Part shown: in pieces, positions 16,001 to 26,829 of the stretch
Layout of the letters: each line of letters begins with the position of its first letter
Numbering within the stretch: position 1 is the first letter of the stretch
DNA from: Macrostomum lignano
Taxonomy: Eukaryota
Direction of reading: 5' to 3'
Assembly: GCA_002269645.1 (NCBI GenBank)
Contig: NIVC01002314.1
Location: 120,491-184,490 of the forward strand
Length of the DNA: 64,000 bases
Translations under genes and position numbers: made by a program
The notes under the pieces: model-generated
What the model was told of the DNA's origin: nothing
Databases searched by the model: none
Seen by the model: the letters and a program-made list of their open reading frames with translations, nothing else

Positions 16001-19000
16001 AAGTTAACAGGTTAGAATCTCACTCCTAAGTTAACAGGTTAGAATCTCACCCCTAAGTTAAGAAGTGTAGAATCTCACACCTAAAACAACAGGTTAGAAT
16101 CTCACCACTTAGATAACAGGTCCCTCCTGAGATTTGAAGTTACCATATAAATATCAGCTATTAAGACTAAAACAATGAGCATTAAACATAACAATGCAAT
16201 ACCTTTGAGGCAAGCTATCATCGCTAACAGCCCTTGGCAACTGTTTAGCCTTATCCAATTCTAGCACCTCGTGCAACCAATGAATAGCGTGCAGCTCCTG
16301 AGCAGAATCTGTCTTAACAAACTCGCAATGATAGGCGATTGAGTCCAGGGCTTCCCTATACAGTTGGGCTGCTGTGGTTGGGCAGTTGTCAACGTTAAAT
16401 GCTATGGCTGCCAAGCCATTCACCGCCATTAGCCATCGGCGATGCTCTTCTTTCAGCGATATGCGAGTCTTCTGGATCAGGCTGTCAAGCACCTGTCAGA
16501 TGGTTTATATGGGGAATATATTTAGCGATTAGTCTTCAGGAAAGTTTAGAGTGATTCTATAGGATAATTCAGCGGCGATTCTCTAGGATACTTAAAGGGC
16601 GATTCTTAAGGATGATTCAGGGGCGATTCTTAAGGATGATTCAGGGGCGATTCTTAAGGATGATTCAGGGGCGATTCTTAAGGATGATTCAGGGGCGATT
16701 CTTAAGGATGATTCAGGGGCGATTCTTAAGGATGATCCAGGGGCGATTCTTAAGGAAGATTCAGGGGCGATTCTCTAGGATACTAAAGGGCGATTCTTAA
16801 GGATGATTCAGGGGCGATTCTCTAGGATACTAAAGGGCGATTCTTAAGGATGATTCAGGGGCGATTCTCTAGGATACTAAAGGGCGATTCTTAAGGAAGA
16901 TTCAGGGGCGATTCACTAGGATACTAAAGGGCGATTCTTAAGGATGATTCAGGGGCGATTCTTAAGGATGATCCAGGGGCGATTCTCTAGGATACTAAAG
17001 GGCGATTCTTAAGGATGATTCAGGGGCGATTCTCTAGGATACTAAAGGGCGATTCTTAAGGATGATTCAGGGGCGATTCTCTAGGATACTAAAGGGCGAT
17101 TCTTAAGGATGATTCAGGGGCGATTCTCTAGGATACTAAAGGGCGATTCTTAAGGAAGATTCAGGGGCGATTCTTAAGGATGATCCAGGGGCGATTCTCT
17201 AGGATACTTAAGGGGCGATTCTTAGGGATGATTTAAGAGCGAGTGTTAAGGACGATTCAGAGGCGATTGTTAAGGATGTTTCAGGGGCGATTCTCTAGGA
17301 TAATAAAGGGCGATTCTTGATGATAATATAGGGGCAATTCTTAAGGATGATCCAGGGGCGATTCTCTAGGATACTTAAGGGGCGATTCTCTAGGATACTT
17401 AAGGGGCGATTCTTAGGGATGATTCAGGGGCGATTGTTAAGGATGATTCAGGAGCGATTGTTAAGGATGATTCAGGAGCGATTGTTAAGGATGATTCAGG
17501 GGCGATTGTTAAGGATGATTCAGGGGCGATTCTCTAGGATACTTAAGGGGCGATTCTTAGGGATGATTCGGTAAAAATGAACTAAATCAGTAATAAGTCG
17601 GTAATAAGATTTAATCAATATAAACTTAAAACTACCTCATCCATAGTCATGTACTCGCCGACTCCCACATAGGCACTAGGCGGAAAGTTCATCTGGCCGC
17701 CTGCGGCAGTTCCGCCAGTAGCGGCAGCGGCGGCGGCAGCAGCAACAGCAGCAGTAGCGGTCCCTTGGTGGTGCACTCGCACCGATCGCATCAATGCAGG
17801 GAAATCGCAAGCCTGTCGCATACAGCTTAGTGGGCCTAGCAACTGTTTTAGTAGGGCTCGATTGATTTCATCTAAGCGCAGTGAGCGGGGCAGTGCCAGT
17901 CTGGAATTGAAGAATTACAGTAGATATCATTGAGAGTAAATGATTGAATGTCTAATGGTACCCACGTGTCACCGTGTAGGTCTTGAAAGAGGTAAAACCA
18001 CGAAGGAGTGAAAATGAGGTGAGGAGAGGGGCAGCAGAGGCGGAGAGGGCGGAAGAGGCGGAGAGGGCGGGAGAGTTGGGGGCGGAAGAAGCGAAGGGGT
18101 GGAAGAGGCAGAGGGGGCAGAAGAGGCGGAAGAAGCGGAAGGGGCGGAAGAAGCGGAAGGGGCGGATGGAAGGAAGAACGCAGGGGAGGAAGAAGCGGAG
18201 GGGGCAAAAGAGGCGGAGAGGGCGGAAGAGTTGGGGGCGGAAGAAGCGAAGGGGCGGAAGAGGCGGAGGGGGCGGAGGGGGCGGAAGAGGCGGAGAGGGG
18301 CGGAAGAAGCGGAAGGGGCGGATGGAAGGAAGAACGCAGGGGAGGAAGAAGCGGAGGGGGCAAAAGAGGCGGAGAGGGCGGAAGAGTTGGGGCGGAAGAA
18401 GCGAAGGGGCGGAAGAGGCGGAGGGGGCGGAGGGGGCGGAAGAGGCGGAGAGGGGCGGAAGAAGCGGAAGGGGCGGATGGAAGGAAGAACGCAGGGGAGG
18501 AAGAAGCGGAGGGGGCAAAAGAGGCGGAGAGGGCGGAAGAGTTGGGGGCGGAAGAAGCGAAGGGGCGGAAGAGGCGGAGGGAGCGGAGGGGGCGGAAGAG
18601 GCGGAGAGGGGCGGAAGAAGCGGAAGGGGCGGAAGGAGCGGAAGAAGCGGAAGGGGCGGATGGAAGAAAGAACGCAGGGGAGGAAGAAGCGGAGGGGGCG
18701 GAAGAGGCGGAGAGGGGCGGAAGAGGCGGAGGGGGCGGAAGGCGAAGGGGCGGAATAGGCGGAGGAAGAACGGAGGGAGCGGAAGGCCGAGGGGAGGAAG
18801 AGATTCACACAGCCCATCGAACACACTTGAATACAATAACAAATGCAAAACTCAATCTACCTATCAAGCGTTCTCCGCCAGGCGCTTCTCTCGCTCTCCA
18901 TCCTTAGCCGATAATAGAGCGACTCGATACCGCTAAAGCTGAGCCGATAGACCCGCTCGGTCAGGGGCGGAATGCCAATCTGATCGGCTACCCGAGATTT

Positions 19001-22000
19001 AGTCTGACGCCACAGTAGGCTGGCAGTGAACTCCACCAGCGGCTGATAGCTGCCAGCCTGATACGGATAGAGCAACAGGTGTTTAAACCAGCGAGAGCAT
19101 TGGGCTACAGGTGCGCCAAGGAACTGGAACAGGCCGTGCAGATCAGACAGGCCGGTTTGCACCGGTGTACCGGTGACGCACCAACGATTGACAGCTGATA
19201 AGCGATTGGTCATGCCAGCTAATTGCGTGTTGCTAGAGCAGATAGTCTGAGCTTCATCCAGCACAATGCGCCACCAGTGCACACAGGTGAGCGGACTAAT
19301 ATGCCCGGGATACCTGGCCGACCGGTTATACCGGCGCTGACGTTGATGCTTCTCGTCAATTAGGTCAGTTAAAACAAATCGACTTTCGCGTTGCAACACG
19401 CCGTAGGTTGTGACAACAACGTCTGATTGGGCCAAGTCCATTGGCTGAACGTAGCCGTGCTCAATTCCTGAGTACACTGTCAGATTGAAGTCTGGGCGAG
19501 CCGTGTGTCTGACAAATTCTAATTTCACCTGAAGAGGAGAGGGGAAGGCTGGTGTGTGTTTTTAGCAATTTTTTTAATGTCTCATCTTACTCTTCAGCAA
19601 ATCTATTTTCTTCAGTCTCATATTTAAAAAAGCTACGAGGCAGTTGTTATTAAAATCTCTACCTCTTAGCAAGATCTTCAAAATCTCAACCTCTGAATAT
19701 GACCTTCAAAATCTCACTCTCTAGCCATGACCTTCAAAATCTCAACCTCTAGCTATGACCTTTAAAATCTCACCCTCTAGCTTTGAGCTTTGAAATCTCA
19801 CCCTCTAGCTTTGAGCTTTGAAATCTCAACTTCTAGCATTGACCTTCAAAACCTCACCCTCTAGCTTTGACCTTCAAAATCTCACCCTCTAGCTATGACC
19901 TTCAAAATCTCAATCTCTAGCTATGACCTTCAAAATCTCACCCTCTAGCTTTGACCTTCAAAACCTCACCCTCTAGCTTTGACATTCAAAATCTCACCCT
20001 CTAGCTATGACCTTCAAAACCTCACCCTCTAGCTTTGACCTTCAAAATCTCACCCTCTAGCTATGACCTTCAAAATCTCACCCTCTAGCTTTGACCTTCA
20101 AAATCTCACCCTCTAGCTATGACCTTCAAAATCTCACCCTCTAGCTATGACCTTCAAAACCTCACCCTCTAGCTTTGACCTTCAAAATCTCACCCTCTAG
20201 CTTTGACCTTCAAAATCTCACCCTCTAGGCTAAAACGTCACCTGAAGTAACTAAAACTTCAATTTTACCCTAAAGTTGAGAATCATAAATCACCTGTTCC
20301 AGCAGTATAGGCGGCACAACAAACAGCGTAGCCCGACCAGGCACTGGCGGCTGACGCAGCAGGCACACTGGGCACAGGTAGCCTCGTTCGCTTTGACGTC
20401 GCAAATTTGAAGACGCAGCCAAACCAACGCAGCGTCGATGCTGCACGTCGCCGCAAGAGTCGCAAACGACATAGTCTAGTAGAATAATCGGATTGGTGCG
20501 TTGACGTCGACCATAATTCATACCGATCACTTCTGCGTTGTTGCACAGACAATAGAGTTGTCGGCCAATCGGACTCTTCGACTCAAGCTGCTCAGCGTCC
20601 TCTCTGTCAATAATATTAGTACAGTCTTCGTTCGCAGGCGGCGACGGCGGCGGATGGGCCAAGATCAGGGCGATCATCTCCACAGTCTTGCCGAGGCCCA
20701 TCTCGTCGGCTAGGATGCCTCCTCTGCGTGAAAATTTAAAACACCAATATGAAGACTATTTACGGAATGGAATTCAACTCTACGAGTGCCAGCTATTTAT
20801 ACAATTTCAAGCCTGAGATTACAGATCTAGAATTTGACCCATGAAACCACAGGATGAGAATCTCACCCATGCGACCACAGGATGAGAATCTCACCCATGC
20901 GACCACAGGATGAGAATATCACCTATGCGACGACAGGATGAGAATCTCACCCATGCGACCACAGGATGAGAATCTCACCTATGCGACCACAGGATAAGGA
21001 TCTCACCTTCGAGATCACAGGATGAGAATCTCACCCATGCGACCACAGGATGTGAATCTCACCCATGCGACCACAGGATAAGGATCTCACCTTCGAGATC
21101 ACAGGATGAGAATCTCACCCATGAGACCACAGGATGAGAATCTCACCCATGCGACCACAGGATGTGAATCTCACCCATGCGACCACAGGATAAGGATCTC
21201 ACCTATGCGACCACAGGATAAGGATCTCACCTTCGAGATCACAGGATGAGAATCTCACCCATGCGACCACAGGATGAGAATCTCACCCATGCTACCACAG
21301 GATGAGAATCTCACCCATGCGACCACAGGATGTGAATCTCACCCATGCGACCACAGGATAAGGATCTCACCTATGCGACCACAGGATAAGGATCTCACCT
21401 TCGAAATCACAGGATGAGAATCTCACCCATGCGACCACAGGATAAGAATCTCATTTATTGAGACGACACAATTAGAATCTCATCACTGATAACAGTTATA
21501 AAATAAAATAACTCACCTAGCTATCGAATTAGCGCCCAATTCTTCAGTGGAATGCTTCTCCCAGGCGGGCAGTCGCAGCACAAAATGATTATGATAGGGT
21601 GAATAATACACAGCGGTAGTGCTAGTACTACTACTCATAACAGTAGGATCTTTAGTGGCGTAGGCGGCTTTGGCGGTTGGCAGTTGAATTTCTCTGTAGG
21701 CTTCTCGCAGCAGTCCGCCAACAATTCCTGTAGCCAGCTGGGGCTCCAGTTCGCGTCTGGCTGCCCAGGCTAGCGCCATGCGTTGATAGGGACGCAGTTG
21801 GGAGTGCATGCCGAGCTTGTCCATAGCAACTAGTTCTGACTGAGTATGGTACCAGCTGATTAGGGCCTCGGAGCTGCCGCTGCGACCTAAATTATTGTCC
21901 ATTACCTGGACAGACAGGCACATGGTTAACTGGTTGAGTAGCTCTGCATTTTAATCCCTTAGTTGGGTAATCTGATCCCTGAGATGGAGATTCTGATCCA

Positions 22001-24502
22001 TGAGATGGGGATTCTGATCCATGAGATGGGGTAATCTGATCCCTGAGATGGAGATTCTGATCCATGAGATGGGGATTCTGATAAATGAGATGGGGTAATC
22101 TGATCCCTGAGATGGAGATTCTGATCCATGAGATGGGGATTCTGATCCATGAGATGGGGTAATCTGATCCATGAGATTGGGATTCTGATCCATGAGATGG
22201 GGATTCTGATCCATGAGATGGGGCAATCTGATCCCTGAGATGGGGCAATCTGATCCCTGAGATGGGGATTCTGATCCATGAGATGGGGATTCTGATAAAT
22301 GAGATGGGGCAATCTGATCCCTGAGATGGGGATTCTGATCCATGAGATGGGGATTCTGATAAATGAGATGGGGATTCTGATCCATGAGATGGGGATTCTG
22401 ATAAATGAGATGGGGATTCTGATCCATGAGATGGGGATTCTGATCCATGAGATGGGGATTCTGATAAATTAGATGGGATTCTGATAAATGAGATGGGATT
22501 CTGATAAATGAGATGGGGTAATCTGATCCCTGAGATGGGGATTCTGATCTATGAGATGGGGATTCTGATCCCTGAGATGGAGATTCTGATCCATGAGATG
22601 GGGATTCTGATCCATGAGACGAGGATTCTGATCCATGAGATAGGGATTCTAATCCCTGAGATGGGGATTCTGATCTATGAGATGGGGATTCTGATCCCTG
22701 AGATGGAGATTCTGATCCATGAGATGGGGATTCTGATCCATGAGACGAGGATTCTGATCCATGAGATAGGGATTCTAATCCCTGAGATGGGTATTCTAAA
22801 ACCCGAGTTGGAGATTCCGTTTGAGTTTTTTAATCAATGAGTTGGGATTCTAATTAACTACTGTTGCGGCAACAGAGCACAGGAATGTAGATCTATAAGA
22901 ACATACTGAAGTAGCATTACTGATCAATGGTCACACAAACCTGATCAAAAAACAGCATGAGATTCTCCCGACCAGACGAAGCGGGCACGGGCTGCACGGA
23001 CCTGTCAGTCAAGCCCCAGTCGAGCTGCACCAGATGAGCTAGGCGTCGGCACCAGACGCCTCTACTAGTTGGCCAATCGGCTGGATCATCGCCAAGACGA
23101 TGCCGACTAGACGACGAAGCTGCCAACAGGCGCTCAACTCGGAGACAGGCAACGATAATCAACGGCTTGCTTAGCGAAGTCTTACCAGACGAAGCTAAGT
23201 CGGTTAGACAATCCAGTAGATTCTGCTGTCGAGCTGTCAAACAGAGCTTACTGGGACAGTTCAAACAGCCAAGTTTGCCTGATTGATCCGATAGCAGGTA
23301 GACAGCTTCGCGACTGCTTTGGTTGCTATGGGAACGGGAAGACAGTCTGACGTGTAGAAATACCTGAGGAACAATAGGGAATGTTGAGCATTGCAGTTGT
23401 AAATGCAGTTGCACTAGAGAAGTTAATGAGCTATATAAAAGACTGACAGAAGCACAATCGAATATACTGAACTTTTCTTTAATACTCTACTGATAGTAGA
23501 AATATAGGGATAATACGCTAAAATTAGAAAAATAAAATAATCAATAATTGATTACACCTGCACCAATTGGGCCAGATTTGCAACCGAGAGCTCAGCCGCA
23601 GCCATTGCCATTGCGCGGCGCATCTGAAGGCTGCGTACGGCTGTTCAGTCCAAGGGGGTTGCCACACCACACATCCTCAATTACCCCAGCTAATGCTGGC
23701 ACCCATTTTACAGCTGGGTGAACTAAAGCAATGCAGAGTAAAGTGTCTTGGTCAAGGACACAAATAGTTCCGAGTGAGCAGAGATTTGAACCCCGGACCT
23801 TATAGTCATGAGTCCGACGCTTTAAACACTAGGCTATGACATCTGTAGTCATAAAAACTCATAAAAAATCAAACCCCAAGAAACTGGTTATTTCAATTCA
23901 AAACAAAGAAAATCTAAAAGGCTGCACAGCAAAGCGCAAAGACCCAATACAAACGAGCCTCTGAAAACATGTACATGAGCACTTGTATGTGCCCTCAGTG
24001 CTGGCTGGTTGTGGGACGATGTCACCCAAACGGGCACCAAAAGTTATAAAAACCCACACAGAATTCAAACAAAAAAGGGTCTCACCTGCTCGCAAGAAAA
24101 CAACAGACAGGCCTCTAAACCGGAGTCTACCAGCTCATCATGAACTGTATCAGCTGTTGAATTCTTTATTAACATCGGCATCAGCTCCGCTCTAGTCAGC
24201 GGAGAATTAGACGCGGGCAAAATCTCATCAACTAACACGGTGGCTAGAGCAGCTTGATGATCACCATCTTCAACTGTCGGCAACCAATGCAATTTTACAG
24301 TACTATTAGCCGACTTCTTTATAAGGCTTAACGGATCATTCGCACCCTTTCTGCCAATAAGTTTTTGACGCTTAACAACCGGTTGTGAATCGGTAACTTC
24401 ATCCGTAATGGAAGTGGAACTAGCAAGCCAGCTGCACTGCCAAGACCGACTGGACTGTTCCGCTAGCACCAATCTGACCGGTTGCGACTGCTTTCTCTTC
24501 AT
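10057..24502 (-). CDS. SHPRH: SNF2 helicase / PHD / RING E3 ubiquitin ligase SHPRH, 11 exons: 24502-24086, 23363-22941, 21905-21517, 20723-20294, 19528-18861, 17900-17636, 16492-16203, 14533-14077, 12999-12736, 11947-11606, 10728-10057; about 1538 aa
   Basis: Spliced product has RGGILADEMGLGKT (motif I), a PHD finger inserted in the ATPase lobe (LYCLC..CDSC..QHRRC..CPVC), WWRIVLDEAQ (motif II), WCVTGTPVQ (motif III), MRQACDFP, EEHRRWLMAVNGLAAI, RING CPVC..CAHQLCLNC..CPVC, helicase C (STKV, KVLVFS, GANGLNLIEANHV, QAIGRIDRIGQ). All ten introns are GT-AG with matching phases. Confidence 0.93.
11030..11545. repeat. 44-nt minisatellite (CCCAATGTACACACAGGCTAGATTAGCAATCCATCCTACTTCTT), about 12 copies, SHPRH intron 10
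   Basis: Direct tandem repeats. Confidence 0.95.
12080..12560. repeat. Degenerate minisatellite of about 21 nt (GAGAAACCGGAGGAAATAAAT and variants), SHPRH intron 9
   Basis: Recurrent GAGAAACC(G/A)GAGG units. Confidence 0.85.
13022..13725. repeat. 22-nt minisatellite (TGTTTAGGGTGATTCATTGGGG), about 32 copies, SHPRH intron 8
   Basis: Direct tandem repeats with alternating GGG/GGGG runs. Confidence 0.95.
13845..14030 (+). mobile_element. Dispersed repeat family A copy in SHPRH intron 8
   Basis: Shares ATTCGTGC, CAGCCCCC, AAGATTAGAAAGTCA, AGTATTG, CAGAAT and CTGGTGCTGTGGG blocks in the same order with 57515-57720. Confidence 0.7.
14820..16110. repeat. 27-nt minisatellite (AAGTTAACAGGTTAGAATCTCACCCCT), about 48 copies, SHPRH intron 7
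   Basis: Direct tandem repeats with an AAGAAGTGTA variant; degenerate copies extend to about 14700. Confidence 0.95.
16590..17570. repeat. Minisatellite of interspersed 24-nt (ATGATTCAGGGGCGATTCTTAAGG) and 22-23-nt (ATACTAAAGGGCGATTCT..AGG) units, SHPRH intron 6
   Basis: Direct tandem repeats. Confidence 0.95.
18020..18800. repeat. Purine-rich (GGCGGAAGA-type) repeat with a higher-order unit of about 156 nt, SHPRH intron 5
   Basis: Marker ATGGAAG(G/A)AAGAACGCAGGGG at about 18166, 18322, 18477 and 18660. Confidence 0.9.
19670..20228. repeat. 28-nt minisatellite (GACCTTCAAAATCTCACCCTCTAGCTAT), about 20 copies, SHPRH intron 4
   Basis: Direct tandem repeats. Confidence 0.95.
20830..21460. repeat. 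28-nt minisatellite (GACCACAGGATGAGAATCTCACCCATGC), about 22 copies, SHPRH intron 3
   Basis: Direct tandem repeats; variant unit contains the hairpin GATCTC-ACCTTC-GAGATC. Confidence 0.95.
21965..22800. repeat. 21-nt minisatellite (CTGATCCATGAGATGGGGATT), about 40 copies, SHPRH intron 2
   Basis: Direct tandem repeats. Confidence 0.95.
23555..23845 (-). mobile_element. tRNA-derived SINE with a CORE/MIR-like central domain, SHPRH intron 1
   Basis: Minus strand: A box TAGCCTAGTGT (23836-23826), B box GGTTCAAATC (23792-23783), then TGTGTCCTTGACCAAGACAC..CCCAGCTGTAAAATGGG resembling the MIR/CORE consensus; a second copy lies at 60690-60990 in the opposite orientation. Confidence 0.8.
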
Positions 24503-24629
24503 GGTCTCTTTGCAAACTCGATCGAATCGTCTTGTCTAGCCATTAACCCCCATTAGGTTTTCCATCTAGATCTGCAAAATGTAAATATAGTTTTATTCAT
24601 TGACTTTAGAAGTTATGAAAAACTGACTG

Positions 24630-25590
24630 GTCATGGTCATACACCCCTACAGTCCTTCAGATAGCCATCGTTATACATCCCTAAAGTCCTTCAGATAGCC
24701 ATGGTCATACATCCCTAAAGTCCTTCAGATAGCCATGGTCATACATCCCTACAGTCCTTCAGATAGCCATGGTCATACATCCCTACAGTCCTTCAGATGG
24801 TCATGATCATACATCCCTACAGTCCTGGTCATACACCCCTACAGTCCTTCAGATAGCCATGGTCATACATCACTACAGTCCTTCAGATAGCCATGGTCAT
24901 ACATCCCTACAGTCATGGTCATACACCCCTACAGTCCTTCAGATAGCCATCGTTATACATCCCTAGTCCTTCAGATAGCCATCGTTATACATCCCTAGTC
25001 CTTCAGATAGCCATGGTCATACATCCCTACAGTCCTTCAGATAGCCATGGTCATACATCCCTACAGTCCTTCAGATAGCCATGGTCATACATCCCTACAG
25101 TCCTTCAGATAGCCATGGTCATACATCCCTACAGTCCTTCAGATAGCCATGGTCATACATCCCTACAGTCCTTCAGATAGCCATGGTCATACATCCCTAC
25201 AGTCCTTCAGATAGCCATGGTCATACATCCCTACAGTCCTTCAGATAGCCATGGTCATACATCCCTACAGTCCTTCAGATAGCCATGGTCATACATCCCT
25301 ACAGTCCTTCAGATAGCCATGGTCATACATCCCTACAGTCCTTCAGATAGCCATGGTCATACATCCCTACAGTCCTTCAGATAGCCATGGTCATACACCC
25401 CTACAGTCCTTCAGATGGTCATGATCATACAACCCTACAGTCATGGTCATACACTCCTACAGTCCTTCAGATGGTCATGATCATACACCCCTACAGTCAT
25501 TCTGATGGTCATGGTCATACACTCCTACAGTCATTCAGTCCGTCATAGTGGTACACCCCTACAGTAGCTCAGATAGTTAATGGTCATGCA
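24630..25590. repeat. 34-nt minisatellite (GTCCTTCAGATAGCCATGGTCATACATCCCTACA), about 25 copies, upstream of the SHPRH 5' acceptor at 24572
   Basis: Direct tandem repeats; minus-strand acceptor TTTTGCAG at 24574-24572 suggests a 5'UTR intron or outron. Confidence 0.93.
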
Positions 25591-26308
25591 CTCGTTACAA
25601 TCACTAATTAGGTCACTAACCGCTTGAATCAGGTATCTAAGGTCCAGAGGGAGCTAAGCTTGCTAAGCTAAATATGATATTAATTTCTATTAATTGGCTA
25701 GTCCGCTAGAATTAGATAGCTCTTATTTGACTAGATATATTATTTCGCTTAGTAAACTAAATTGACTTTTTTGTGTTGCACAAATAAAAAAACTCAATAA
25801 ACATTTTGCTCCAACTGGCAAAAGGTACTTTATACATTTTATCAATTGTTTACTATCAACTTTTTTCAGGACAAAAAAGCGTCTATAAAAACGCTAAGCT
25901 GATGTACTACTTGTACTACTTTGTACATGCAGTAGTATTACTTCACATTAATTGCTGGATGCAAACCGGTATGTAATATGTACATGCAATTAAACATGAA
26001 CGAAAGAAATAATGAATTACATAAGACAGGGTTTAAATAACATCCCTAAATCTCACAATTTACCTTACAAATCCTCACATACGTAGATATGCTGAGTTAT
26101 TCTACACTCTTACTTACAAAAGAATCCCATTAAGTCTAGGGGAGGGGGTCAGAATCCCAACTGATAAGAGTAATACAATTCCCATCTGAATTATAAGGGG
26201 CTCAGGTACTAAAAACCTTAATCGGCACATGCTGACTATATTAATTAATAAACAGAAGCTAGATCGAGTAAATGTTCTAGAATAGCAAACTTCGTTTAGA
26301 TCACTGAG

Positions 26309-26751
26309 ACTAGAATAACTAGATGGGCCACTCAGGCATAAATACTTAGTAAAACAGCTTTCTACTTTCAGTTCAGTAGCAAAGAAGAATACATAAGCTA
26401 TTTTATAAAAATAAACACAGCCGAATTGATAAGTTTGATAGTTTTAGGAGCCCACACAAGCTTGCAGGCGTAAACAGCTTGCTAATTGGTTCAGCCATAA
26501 TGTACATTAGCCAGCCCACTGAAATGTACATGGCCGCTTTACGCTGGAATTCGGATAAAGGCAATAAAAATTGGGGCGGGCGGCGGGTAGTGTGGAAAGG
26601 CGCGGTTGGAGGGTTTAAGCTGGAAGGAGGGTAAGAGCCAATAAACGAGCCTTGACTTTAAAATACATTACAATGTTTCTGTTTAACTTGCTACTGAACT
26701 GAAAGTAGCTTACACGCAAATGTGCTGAGTGGCCCATCTAATTATTCTAGT
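26309..26751. mobile_element. MITE-like element (about 440 nt) with 27-nt terminal inverted repeats just downstream of the PAF1 stop
   Basis: ACTAGAATAACTAGATGGGCCACTCAG (26309-26335) vs CTGAGTGGCCCATCTAATTATTCTAGT (26725-26751): one mismatch. No clear TSD. Confidence 0.65.
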
Positions 26752-26829
26752 ATGTGGTTCATATTAAAACTGTTGCTCCAATTAAAAACAACAAGGCGTG
26801 TTATTGGAAACAAAAAAGGATAATTCTCG

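Noticed and set aside
11030-25590. Arrays of 21-44 nt superficially resembling CRISPR arrays
   Set aside because: Units are head-to-tail with no unique spacers, there are no cas genes, and the context is eukaryotic introns.
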